Part shown: in pieces, positions 46,029-54,380 of the stretch
How the letters are laid out: the number at the start of each line of letters is the position of its first letter
How positions within the stretch are numbered: the first letter of the stretch is position 1
Sequence record: PP418985.1
DNA length: 64,000 nt
Reading direction: 5' to 3' (one strand)
Origin: Escherichia phage UPWr_E1
Notes under the pieces: generated by a model
Databases searched by the model: none
What the model was told of the DNA's origin: nothing
Seen by the model: only the letters and a program-made list of their open reading frames with translations
Program-made: the position numbers and the translations under genes

Positions 46029-46160
46029 ATGACTAAACTGACCGCTATCCAGAAAGAAACCATCCGTAAACAATACGCTCGCGGCTTGACTAAAGGCGAA
46101 CTGGCACGAATCTATAATGTATCAGACCGCACAATCCGCAAGGTTGTAGAAGCAAAATAA
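46029..46160 (+). CDS. small helix-turn-helix protein (43 aa, not in ORF track)
   Basis: ATG 46029 after GAGGTGATATT; GLTKGELARIYNVSDRTIRKV resembles an HTH. Confidence 0.4.
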   Translation: MTKLTAIQKETIRKQYARGLTKGELARIYNVSDRTIRKVVEAK

Positions 46161-46172
46161 TTCTGGTATAAT
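46144..46172 (+). promoter_or_regulatory. extended -10 promoter upstream of rIIB
   Basis: TTGTAG 46144-46149; TGgTATAAT 46164-46172; leader hairpin 46183-46200. Confidence 0.55.
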
Positions 46173-46222
46173 GATGTGAATCGGGCGGCGAGAGTCGCCC
46201 AACTAATAGAGGAATGAATAAT

Positions 46223-47215
46223 ATGACTAAAGCAAAAATCACCGTCTCTGACCGTAACGTTCAATGTCTGGACTCCGCAAAACAAATCAAACTGGCTAAA
46301 CAGTGGGGCGAAGGTAAGTTTACTACCCGCGAAGCACTTGCGGCAGCATTTGGTGTATCTCGTCGCACTGCCTCCCGTGTATTACTGATTCAGAAAGACG
46401 CAGTAGCGGAAGGTCGCAAGGCACTAGAAAACCGTAAAGCACGCCGTAAAACCAGTAAAGGAAAAGGCGGTGAACGCGCAAAAAAGCCCGTGACTACTTC
46501 CTCAAAAATCGTAGCAATAGCCTCATCTAAATTTATTACTATTACATGTGGTGACATTGTTTATACTGCTGATCCATCACATGTTAACTTTAATGAAGCA
46601 CTGGAAGCGATTAAACATAATGATTTCATCAAAGCTATTACGCTGATTGACATTAAGAAAGCGGTTGAAGTATATTATCACGGTGCTTTCCGTATCGAAA
46701 ATGGTATTGTGTATTATCATAATATTGTTCTTGATAATAATCTGACTCGTCGAGTTGTGGAGTCGATTAAAGAGAATAAGCCATATACGCACTATCTGAA
46801 CTTCTTTGAGAAGTGTAAGAAGAATCCTAGCCGTAAGGCGGTAGATCGTCTGTTTGACTTCTTAGAGCACAACGACATTGAGATCGGGGAAGACGGTTGT
46901 TTCTATGCATGGAAACGTGTTGATGTTGATTATAAAGATTTCTTTACGCATACGTTTGATAATAGCCCAGGGCGCACGGTTAAAATGAAGCGTAAAGACG
47001 TGGACCCGGATGATGATCGTACTTGCTCTAATGGCCTCCACGTTGCAGCGAAACACTATATTCCGCACTATGGCGGTGGGCGAGGCCGAATCATTAAATG
47101 CAAAGTTGATCCGCGTCACGTTGTAAGTATCCCGAAAGATTATGCGAATGCCAAAATGCGCTGTCATCGTTACTATGTGGTTGAAGATGTAACCGAAGGT
47201 TTTAGCCATTACTAA
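46223..47215 (+). CDS. rIIB: rIIB protein
   Basis: About 330 aa (T4 rIIB about 312 aa); follows rIIA; promoter 46144-46172; alternative in-frame ATG 46214. Confidence 0.7.
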   Translation: MTKAKITVSDRNVQCLDSAKQIKLAKQWGEGKFTTREALAAAFGVSRRTASRVLLIQKDAVAEGRKALENRKARRKTSKGKGGERAKKPVTTSSKIVAIASSKFITITCGDIVYTADPSHVNFNEALEAIKHNDFIKAITLIDIKKAVEVYYHGAFRIENGIVYYHNIVLDNNLTRRVVESIKENKPYTHYLNFFEKCKKNPSRKAVDRLFDFLEHNDIEIGEDGCFYAWKRVDVDYKDFFTHTFDNSPGRTVKMKRKDVDPDDDRTCSNGLHVAAKHYIPHYGGGRGRIIKCKVDPRHVVSIPKDYANAKMRCHRYYVVEDVTEGFSHY

Positions 47216-47229
47216 TAGAGGAATTAATT

Positions 47230-47547
47230 ATGATTGATATGAAAGTTACTTGCGAAAGTGCACATGTTGAAGTAGAACAGGTATTATATCCATCTCGACG
47301 CGTTACGGTGACTTTAGACGATGTGGATCTGGCTAATAATGTTACCGTTGAAGATATTGCTAACGAGTATGACCATGATGAACTGTTAGATGCAATCCCT
47401 GAACATGTTGTGATCCAGCACGTAGTAAGCAATAATGATCCATCGACTTTCATTAAAGAATATGGCGCTGATGAAATGCTCGATGAAATTGGTGAAAAGA
47501 TTGTTATTGCATGGCTTGAAAACAACGGCTATACTGTAGAACAATAA
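47230..47547 (+). CDS. hypothetical acidic protein (105 aa)
   Basis: ATG 47230 after AGAGGAATTAATT; terminator 47556-47578 follows. Confidence 0.55.
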   Translation: MIDMKVTCESAHVEVEQVLYPSRRVTVTLDDVDLANNVTVEDIANEYDHDELLDAIPEHVVIQHVVSNNDPSTFIKEYGADEMLDEIGEKIVIAWLENNGYTVEQ

Positions 47548-47555
47548 TAAACATA

Positions 47556-47578
47556 GGCCGCTTTGCGCGGCCTTTCTT
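47556..47578 (+). terminator. intrinsic terminator
   Basis: GGCCGC-tttg-CGCGGCC then TTTCTT. Confidence 0.7.
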
Positions 47579-47592
47579 AGAGGGAATACATT

Positions 47593-47904
47593 ATGACGGT
47601 CACGATTATTACCAAATACGACGACGAAAATGTGATTTACGGTGATGTGGTTGTTGTTCACGGTCGTAGCATGAAAGTTACTGGTAATTGTAAAGATGGT
47701 GCTATTATTTGCGGTGAATTGGTGAGAACCGTCAATCCTATCACCGACGAACAAAAGCGAGACATTATCAGAAAACTTAAAGACAGTGGATATTGTAACG
47801 TTGTGGTGATTCAGGAAAAATTTGAAGTAGGCCACTTATACACAAATCAGAAAACAATTCCGGTATCAATGGTTAAAGGCGGTTATAATGCTAGGTCATT
47901 CTAA
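47593..47904 (+). CDS. hypothetical protein (103 aa)
   Basis: ATG 47593 after AGAGGGAATACATT. Confidence 0.55.
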   Translation: MTVTIITKYDDENVIYGDVVVVHGRSMKVTGNCKDGAIICGELVRTVNPITDEQKRDIIRKLKDSGYCNVVVIQEKFEVGHLYTNQKTIPVSMVKGGYNARSF

Positions 47905-48250
47905 AATAGAAGATTGCTCATTCAGAGCAATGAAAGATGATTTTTCGGTCCTGTACGCGTCTATCCGAGAATTGTTTGTAGATTTTAAGCAATTCAGGGA
48001 ATACAAAGGCGTTAAGATGCGGGAGTGGGTATTCTGGCCTTTCTATATCATTACTCTGTTTTCTATGGTATTTTGTTTTGTCGGGATCACTATCGCTAGT
48101 TTTGTCACTTGCGTTTTCCTGATTATCCGGTGTATCATGTTTGCTTTGATTGCTGCCCCGTTTATTGTTTCAATCCTTCCGTTAAAATGGCTATTGGATT
48201 GGGCTGATAAATCTGATAAAGTAAAGAATGTGATTTGTAAGCGTGTATGA
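47888..48250 (+). CDS. hypothetical membrane protein (120 aa)
   Basis: Two or three hydrophobic helices; immediately upstream of gene 52. Confidence 0.45.
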   Translation: MLGHSKIEDCSFRAMKDDFSVLYASIRELFVDFKQFREYKGVKMREWVFWPFYIITLFSMVFCFVGITIASFVTCVFLIIRCIMFALIAAPFIVSILPLKWLLDWADKSDKVKNVICKRV

Positions 48251-48257
48251 GGTGAAG

Positions 48258-49604
48258 ATGAATAAATCAGTTACTTACCGCAGCCTTGAAAGCATTGTAC
48301 ATAATGAAGCTAAGGAATATGCGATCTATTCCGCCGAGGAACGCGGTATTCCTCAATTAGTAGATGGTCTTAAACCAGTGCAACGCTTTGTTATGGAATG
48401 TGCTTTGCAAAAGAGTAAAGGCGACCGTAAGAAATTCCGTAAGATGGCAGATATTGGATCTGGTGTTGCTGAGTTGGGTTATCACCACGGGGAAACTAAT
48501 GCCGTAGAAGCCGGATCACTTATGGCGAATACATGGAGCAATAATACTCCACTGCTTGACGGTCAAGGTAACTTCGGATCGCGTTTAGTCCAGAAAGCGG
48601 GTGCAGCACGTTATATCTTTGCTCGTGTGCATGAAAACTTCTTTAAAATCTATAAAGATATGAATTGCGCACCTAAGCACGAAGATCTGGAACACATCCC
48701 GCCATCGTTCTACTTGCCAGTTGTGCCAATGGTATTAGCTAATGGTATTAGTGGTATTGCTACAGGGTATAAAACTGACATTTTACCGCATTCACTGGAA
48801 AGCCTTATTGAATGCACAGAGCTAGCACTTGCCGGAAAACTGGATAAAGAACCTAGTGTTCAATTCCCAAAATTCACGGGTAAAGTTATCCCGCGCGATG
48901 ACCGCGATGGTGTTATTCTTGAGGGTACATATGAACTAAACGGCAAGACTAAGCTGACAATATCAGAAGTTCCTTATAAGTTCGACCGTGAAGAATATGT
49001 AGCTGTACTGGATGCACTGGAAGAAAAAGATCTGATTGTATCGTATAATGACCGTTGCTCTAAGGACGGATTCAGATTTGAGGTAACACTGAAACGTGAT
49101 TATTTCAAAAGCGAAGATGAATCCGCTCGACATGAGCAGATCATGAAGGATTTTAAGCTAACGCAGTTAGTAGCCCAGAATATCGTAGTAGTTAACGAAC
49201 GTGGTTTAGTAGAAGTATTCGAGAAAGCGAGCGATTTGATCCGTCGATTCGTCGAAATCCGATTAGGCTATGTAGATAAACGCATTGAATTGATGCAAGC
49301 CGAAACACTGGAAGCATACAATTATGCAATGGCTAAAGCAGAATTTATCGACCGTGTGATTAAGGGCGAAATCGAGCTACAGGGCAAGAAAAAGGCCGAG
49401 GTAATGCAATCCATCAATGAACATGAAAAACTTCGCCCATATGCCGATAAGCTCGTTTCTATGCCATTGTATAGCGTTACTCAAGAAGAGTACGATCGAC
49501 TGGTCAAAGATGCCGATAAACATCATAGTGAATATGAGTATTGGACAAAGACGACCGCAATGAAGGAATATAAGAAAGATCTTAAAGAACTTAAGAAGGC
49601 TTGA
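48258..49604 (+). CDS. 52: DNA topoisomerase II medium subunit gp52 (GyrA-like)
   Basis: DGLKPVQR start motif, GNFGSR region; about 448 aa (T4 gp52 about 442 aa); ATG 48258 after TGAGGTGAAG. Confidence 0.9.
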   Translation: MNKSVTYRSLESIVHNEAKEYAIYSAEERGIPQLVDGLKPVQRFVMECALQKSKGDRKKFRKMADIGSGVAELGYHHGETNAVEAGSLMANTWSNNTPLLDGQGNFGSRLVQKAGAARYIFARVHENFFKIYKDMNCAPKHEDLEHIPPSFYLPVVPMVLANGISGIATGYKTDILPHSLESLIECTELALAGKLDKEPSVQFPKFTGKVIPRDDRDGVILEGTYELNGKTKLTISEVPYKFDREEYVAVLDALEEKDLIVSYNDRCSKDGFRFEVTLKRDYFKSEDESARHEQIMKDFKLTQLVAQNIVVVNERGLVEVFEKASDLIRRFVEIRLGYVDKRIELMQAETLEAYNYAMAKAEFIDRVIKGEIELQGKKKAEVMQSINEHEKLRPYADKLVSMPLYSVTQEEYDRLVKDADKHHSEYEYWTKTTAMKEYKKDLKELKKA

Positions 49605-49810
49605 TTATGAAAGAATATCCAGAAGGCGGTTATATTGCATTTGTGTACAACAATGAAAAGATTGTACCGATGGTCGTTGAGACTATGGAAGAAGCCAACC
49701 GGATCACTATTGAATCTCTGAACAAGTTAGCAGAGATAACAAACACACCAGAACACAGAGCAACGATAGATTATTTGATGAAAGAATTTTTGGAGGGAAA
49801 GTATGACTGA
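49601..49810 (+). CDS. hypothetical protein (69 aa)
   Basis: ORF; ATGA overlap. Confidence 0.5.
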   Translation: MIMKEYPEGGYIAFVYNNEKIVPMVVETMEEANRITIESLNKLAEITNTPEHRATIDYLMKEFLEGKYD

Positions 49811-50198
49811 ACGACGCATCACTTCAAATGGTTTAGGTATCCATCATACATGGATGGTTGATCCAGACAAAAATCCTTATAAACTGTACGATAAAACCGT
49901 TAAACCGTGGAATAATAGCGTATGGGAAACATCACCAACAACAGCACCTATTATGACTGATCCGAAACCGATTAGCCCGATGGCAGATCCAGTACAGATT
50001 AAGCCGTTACCTTACCAGATAACGACCAATAGCATCGCCAACAAACAAGAAAATGATATTGATATGATCTACGAGATGATTAAACTTTGGCGTGATGTTT
50101 ATCTGGGTGTTCTCTATAACACAGATAAAAGTGCACATGAGGCGGCGTTACTGGCATCTCATGCGGTAGACGAAGCCAAAAAGAAATTTAGTAAGTAA
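49803..50198 (+). CDS. hypothetical protein (131 aa)
   Basis: ORF; terminator 50208-50236 follows. Confidence 0.5.
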   Translation: MTERRITSNGLGIHHTWMVDPDKNPYKLYDKTVKPWNNSVWETSPTTAPIMTDPKPISPMADPVQIKPLPYQITTNSIANKQENDIDMIYEMIKLWRDVYLGVLYNTDKSAHEAALLASHAVDEAKKKFSK

Positions 50199-50207
50199 CT
50201 GATTATT

Positions 50208-50230
50208 AAGCCGATCCTCGTGGTCGGCTT
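50208..50230 (+). repeat. 23-nt terminator hairpin repeat, copy 1
   Basis: AAGCCGATCCTCGTGGTCGGCTT; identical in inverse orientation at 61354-61376; same stem with a different loop at 12066-12088. Confidence 0.8.
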
Positions 50231-50236
50231 TTTTAT
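50208..50236 (+). terminator. intrinsic terminator (repeated element, copy 1)
   Basis: AAGCCGATC-ctcgt-GGTCGGCTT then TTTTTT. Confidence 0.8.
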
Positions 50237-50248
50237 TTTAAAAAGTTG

Positions 50249-50277
50249 TTGACTTCAAGAATCTAGCATTGCATAAT
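50249..50277 (+). promoter_or_regulatory. sigma70-type early promoter
   Basis: TTGACT 50249-50254; TGCATAAT 50270-50277. Confidence 0.65.
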
Positions 50278-50308
50278 ACACACAACTAAACAAAAAGGAG
50301 ACTCAAAA

Positions 50309-50515
50309 ATGAAAGTACGTTGCATTGAAACAGATCACATCAATTATAGCTTTAGTGTCGGGTGTGATTATGATGTTGATGTATTCACAGACAATAGCGG
50401 AAACACATTTGATGTAGTCCACGGCGACTATATTTGGTTTTACTTTGACAAACAACAACTTACTGCAACCAAACGAAACGGTGATCCGGTAGCAAAATTT
50501 GAAATAATCGAATAA
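50309..50515 (+). CDS. hypothetical protein (68 aa)
   Basis: Promoter 50249-50277; ATG 50309 after AAAGGAGACTCAAA. Confidence 0.55.
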   Translation: MKVRCIETDHINYSFSVGCDYDVDVFTDNSGNTFDVVHGDYIWFYFDKQQLTATKRNGDPVAKFEIIE

Positions 50516-50520
50516 AGTAT

Positions 50521-50555
50521 ATTGACACCAGAACAAGGGAGTAGTAACATACTCC
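50521..50555 (+). promoter_or_regulatory. early promoter with -10 inside hairpin loop (type II)
   Basis: TTGACA 50521-50526; GGGAGTA 50536-50542 / TACTCCC 50549-50555; TAACAT 50544-50549. Confidence 0.7.
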
Positions 50556-50580
50556 CACACCAAACAAAAGGAGAATCAAA

Positions 50581-50854
50581 GATGAACAACGAAAACAGCA
50601 AGGTGTTAGCAATTGCCGATAAAGTAGGCTATTGGAAATGCTGGGATGATATGGAGAAATTAGGCGGTCGCTATCTCGATAACTTAGAGTTGCATTATTG
50701 CCAAGCGCGTAATGCGGAAGTCGCGGGAGTAGCAATTGAAGATATTCCGTCTAAGATCTTCGGATTCTCGAAAGATGATACTTTAGAATATGTTTTCAAG
50801 GCTGTTATGGATCAAGCATGGGAAGACGCAGAGACACGCGCTCTTGATTGGTGA
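50581..50854 (+). CDS. hypothetical protein (91 aa)
   Basis: Stem-loop promoter 50521-50555; ATG 50581 after AAGGAGAATCAAAG. Confidence 0.55.
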
Positions 50855-50858
50855 TAAT

Positions 50859-51032
50859 ATGAACTGGTATAAAATTTGGAAAAATCAGGTGGAGGCTTAT
50901 CTAGGGTATAAGCCCACCGACGAAGAATTACTTGAAGCAATGTACGAAGACGGCCTAAATCCGAAAGTAGCCGCGCAAGAATACGCGGAATGGGTGAAGG
51001 TCGAAGATAATTTAAAATTCCATAAAAATTAG
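50859..51032 (+). CDS. hypothetical protein (57 aa)
   Basis: ATG 50859 after GGTGATAAT. Confidence 0.45.
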   Translation: MNWYKIWKNQVEAYLGYKPTDEELLEAMYEDGLNPKVAAQEYAEWVKVEDNLKFHKN

Positions 51033-51067
51033 TTGACGCCAAAGGTCGTCGGTAGTAAGATACTCCC
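51033..51067 (+). promoter_or_regulatory. early promoter with degenerate type II hairpin
   Basis: TTGACG 51033-51038; TAAGAT 51056-51061; 3' arm TACTCCC 51061-51067 kept, 5' arm degenerate. Confidence 0.6.
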
Positions 51068-51094
51068 ATACCGAAACGAAAGAAGGAGAATCAC

Positions 51095-51307
51095 ATGAAA
51101 TCTATTGAGCAAGTAGTGACTGAATTTATGAGCTACGAAGGAAACCGCATCTTTGGACGTTCTCAAGTTCGCGAGATCGTAGAAGAAGTTGCGGGAGAGT
51201 TTGCGGAATCTGGTCACGTTATCACACAAGAACGTAAAGAAGAAGCAGTAAGCCAGATCATGGCTATTCAGAAAATGCGTATTAATGCACGAGCGGGTAA
51301 AAATTAA
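51095..51307 (+). CDS. hypothetical protein (70 aa)
   Basis: Promoter 51033-51067; ATG 51095 after AGGAGAATCAC. Confidence 0.55.
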   Translation: MKSIEQVVTEFMSYEGNRIFGRSQVREIVEEVAGEFAESGHVITQERKEEAVSQIMAIQKMRINARAGKN

Positions 51308-51317
51308 AAAATAGTTG

Positions 51318-51346
51318 TTGACAGGGGATCGCCGATCCCCTACAAT
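51318..51346 (+). promoter_or_regulatory. early promoter with spacer stem-loop (type I)
   Basis: TTGACA 51318-51323; GGGGATC-gcc-GATCCCC 51324-51340; TACAAT 51341-51346. Confidence 0.75.
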
Positions 51347-51377
51347 GAACTCATCAAGACAACGAAGGAGAATCAAA

Positions 51378-51533
51378 ATGAAACATACTCACAAATTAAT
51401 GGTTAAATTTGAAGGCGCTAAAGGATATGAACGTTATGGTGTATTCTTCTCTGAGGATGATGCGTGGGATGCTGGTCTGGCAACGTTCTCTGAGCACAAC
51501 AACATTGAAGACTTTACTGTAGAAGAAATTTAA
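51378..51533 (+). CDS. hypothetical protein (51 aa)
   Basis: Stem-loop promoter 51318-51346; ATG 51378 after AAGGAGAATCAAA. Confidence 0.5.
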   Translation: MKHTHKLMVKFEGAKGYERYGVFFSEDDAWDAGLATFSEHNNIEDFTVEEI

Positions 51534-51541
51534 AAAAGTAG

Positions 51542-51576
51542 TTGACACCGGATTAAGGGAGTAGTAAGATACTCCC
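51542..51576 (+). promoter_or_regulatory. early promoter with -10 inside hairpin loop (type II)
   Basis: TTGACA 51542-51547; GGGAGTA 51557-51563 / TACTCCC 51570-51576; TAAGAT 51565-51570. Confidence 0.7.
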
Positions 51577-51604
51577 ATCAAGACAAAACACTGAGGAATA
51601 TATT

Positions 51605-52372
51605 ATGAAAAACCTGATCGCTGCTATCATTCTTTCTGCTACTGCTTTCGGTGCTAATGCTGCGTCCTTCGATTGCGCTAAAGCTACTACCAAATCAGAG
51701 AAGTTTATTTGCGCGAATGAGTCTATCTCCGAACTGGATTCTAAACTTCATGAAGTATATGTTAAAGCTGTTAAGATTGATCCGTCTCTGAAACAAGAGC
51801 AACGCAACTGGAATAAAACTGTTCGTGATACAATGATCAATATCGGGCAGATTCAGCCACTGGAGGCTGTATATAACGCTCAAATTCAAAACTTGATGAA
51901 TGTATTGCCTAAAGAAGAAACCTCGTCAGAAAGAGAATCAGAGGCTTCTGTGAAGGTTGAAGAACAACAACCGAAACAGGAAGAAAAAGTTGTAGTTCAA
52001 CCGAAGAAAGAAAAGAAACCACAAACCAGCGAGTTTACCTTGCAATGTGAATCTCACTTTAAATGGAAAAATATCGACGGAGCAAACACTAAGCCGAAAG
52101 CACAGCCATTTTATAAAGAGTACAATCCAGGTGAATTGACTCTGAAAGTAAAAGATGGTCAGATTATCCATTTTACATACATCGACAATAATGATGTGCA
52201 TAAGGCAAACACAAAACGAGTAGTTGATGACAACGGAATGATCGTTTTTAGCGGCTGGAAAGAAAATAAAAAGTATTATGTGTGGCGTGAACAGGATAGC
52301 GATATCATTCGCTTAGAAGTCCGCGAACAAGGATACTCTAAAATCTATGTTGACCAGTACGGGTGCAGATAA
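51605..52372 (+). CDS. secreted protein with N-terminal DUF1311 (LprI/YecT-like) domain
   Basis: Signal peptide MKNLIAAIILSATAFGANA; FDCAKATTKSEKFICANESISELDSKLHEVY fits the C..A....E..IC....L...D..L...Y DUF1311 signature; Lys/Glu-rich linker; stem-loop promoter 51542-51576. Confidence 0.65.
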   Translation: MKNLIAAIILSATAFGANAASFDCAKATTKSEKFICANESISELDSKLHEVYVKAVKIDPSLKQEQRNWNKTVRDTMINIGQIQPLEAVYNAQIQNLMNVLPKEETSSERESEASVKVEEQQPKQEEKVVVQPKKEKKPQTSEFTLQCESHFKWKNIDGANTKPKAQPFYKEYNPGELTLKVKDGQIIHFTYIDNNDVHKANTKRVVDDNGMIVFSGWKENKKYYVWREQDSDIIRLEVREQGYSKIYVDQYGCR

Positions 52373-52374
52373 TT

Positions 52375-52662
52375 ATGAAATTCAACAGCATGAAGATTAC
52401 AAAAGATTGGTGGAAGGCGATGCAAGATACTCCAGAAACCAAATTAAGCGAGACAACAACCACAATACAAGTTGATTACGAAGATCCTAAAGACATATAC
52501 AGAGAGATTTTAATCAGAGAGCTTATAAAAGCTGGAAACTATCAAACACCAGATGGCCTTATTGACATGATGGTTAAAGGTCTGTATAGTGGTAAAAATC
52601 CAGATGTTTTACCGTGGTACGAGGGATATTTTAAAACATATCGTGACCACAACCGAAAATAA
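52375..52662 (+). CDS. hypothetical protein (95 aa)
   Basis: ATG 52375 overlapping upstream stop. Confidence 0.5.
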   Translation: MKFNSMKITKDWWKAMQDTPETKLSETTTTIQVDYEDPKDIYREILIRELIKAGNYQTPDGLIDMMVKGLYSGKNPDVLPWYEGYFKTYRDHNRK

Positions 52663-52685
52663 GTTGTTGACGTGAGGATTATATT

Positions 52686-52877
52686 ATGGTAATTTTTAAT
52701 CGTGATGGTATTATAGTTCGACAGCATCCATTCCTTGAATACTATCAGGTTGAACAATGGGGATATGGGGATTGCTCGCGCTCATACGGTCAAAGCTGGG
52801 GATACCGTACAGTTTTTGAATCAACTAATATTGACAAAGTACGACAGAAAGTTTTAGAAATTCTTAACGATAAGTGA
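52686..52877 (+). CDS. hypothetical protein (63 aa)
   Basis: ATG 52686 after GAGGATTATATT. Confidence 0.5.
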   Translation: MVIFNRDGIIVRQHPFLEYYQVEQWGYGDCSRSYGQSWGYRTVFESTNIDKVRQKVLEILNDK

Positions 52878-52887
52878 GGATTACATC

Positions 52888-53256
52888 ATGGAAATTCAAA
52901 ACAATTACGAAAAATGTGTTATTATCAATGATCTGCAACGTCAATTGCACCACTACGAAACCGATTATAAAACAGCAACCAAAACTGGAAAGCTGAAAGT
53001 GTGGGAAGTCTGGTATAACCGGAACTATCTGGGGAGCATCCACAAACTTGATCGCAGTGATGTTTATACAATGCATGTAGGCGCTTGTGGTGAATCGGAT
53101 GTAGCATTTAATTTCATGGAAGCACTTGCATTCTATGTAGAATATCTGGTAGACTATATCGAGTTGGAAGAGGAAGTGGTAGAATTGCTTCCTCCACCGG
53201 AAGAAGCGCCGGAAGCAACGATCCTGAAAGCATTAAAGAAAATCTTTGTTAAGTGA
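52888..53256 (+). CDS. hypothetical protein (122 aa)
   Basis: ATG 52888 after GTGAGGATTACATC. Confidence 0.5.
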   Translation: MEIQNNYEKCVIINDLQRQLHHYETDYKTATKTGKLKVWEVWYNRNYLGSIHKLDRSDVYTMHVGACGESDVAFNFMEALAFYVEYLVDYIELEEEVVELLPPPEEAPEATILKALKKIFVK

Positions 53257-53264
53257 GGTGAACT

Positions 53265-53597
53265 ATGAAAAACGTACTGATTGTGTGGGAACTGATTCCA
53301 GAAACTACTGAATTATACATGGTACAGGTTGACAATAAAGAATTTGAAATTCTGAAACACGTCAACTGCAAATATATTAACATTGATGACATGACCCCAG
53401 AAATGGACTATGTAAACTATGCTCTCATGCAGCCTAGCTGGATTAGTGATGAAACTAAAGCAGACGCCGAATCGCTGGGTGTACCGGAAGAAGTATTAGC
53501 GAAATGGCATCAATTCAAAGTTGAAATAAAAGAGGGTGAACCGTTTATTCCTAGCGGTATGATCGATGCGGTGATTGTAACAGGTTTTCATATGTAA
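53265..53597 (+). CDS. hypothetical protein (110 aa)
   Basis: ATG 53265 after GTGAGGTGAACT. Confidence 0.5.
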   Translation: MKNVLIVWELIPETTELYMVQVDNKEFEILKHVNCKYINIDDMTPEMDYVNYALMQPSWISDETKADAESLGVPEEVLAKWHQFKVEIKEGEPFIPSGMIDAVIVTGFHM

Positions 53598-53609
53598 GGA
53601 CATTATACA

Positions 53610-53942
53610 ATGTTTAACTATGACAAATATGAATCATGGAAAGCGACCGAATTGAAAGAGGCAGCGCGGTTAATCACACCGCGTCTTTATCCGGTGTTGT
53701 TTAGCGCCGATAAAGTAACAAGGGAAGTAAACGAGGCGCTATCGGTTTTAGGTTATCTGATCGATAAAGTAGAGAAAACATCGGTATTCACAAATAGCGT
53801 AGAATATACCCGGTATAGAGTGTTTTTAGATTCCTTGCTCGTTGTTATTAAAGCACTAAATGATCATAACTACACCATGAACATGACGAAAATAATCGAC
53901 GAAGCAAGAATTATGACAGAGAATATTTTCGGTAAATTTTGA
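53610..53942 (+). CDS. hypothetical protein (110 aa), paralog of 54057-54380
   Basis: ATG 53610; C-terminus ...MTENIFGKF. Confidence 0.5.
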   Translation: MFNYDKYESWKATELKEAARLITPRLYPVLFSADKVTREVNEALSVLGYLIDKVEKTSVFTNSVEYTRYRVFLDSLLVVIKALNDHNYTMNMTKIIDEARIMTENIFGKF

Positions 53943-54056
53943 TTATGAAAGATGATGAATCATTGAAAATTGCACTGGTTATGCTATTACAATGTATAGA
54001 ATTAGCAAACCACGAAAAAATGTTGATACAGCAGCGTGAAACTATGAGAGGTGATT

Positions 54057-54380
54057 ATGATCGAGTTTGAAATTGACAACTTTCACGAAAAAGCAGAAGA
54101 CCTAACCAAAATTTTGATTAGTCGAGGTGCATATAATACGAAAGATATTATAAAAGAAGTTAATGTAGCGATGGACGCGATCCGAAAGGAATTTAAACAT
54201 ATTTCAGCGATTGGAGAAAATGGTCATCTTGAAGATGTTGAGCTGGTAGCACTGCGACGCTATTACTTCTTTGTTGATTGCATCATTGATCTAGCTAAAA
54301 ATTATAGCCATTACATGAAAGATATTGTAAAAGATGCACGTAAGCTGGCAGAGAATGTTTACGGGAAGTTTCCAGAATGA
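54057..54380 (+). CDS. hypothetical protein (107 aa), paralog of 53610-53942
   Basis: ATG 54057 after GAGAGGTGATT; C-terminus ...LAENVYGKFPE. Confidence 0.5.
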   Translation: MIEFEIDNFHEKAEDLTKILISRGAYNTKDIIKEVNVAMDAIRKEFKHISAIGENGHLEDVELVALRRYYFFVDCIIDLAKNYSHYMKDIVKDARKLAENVYGKFPE

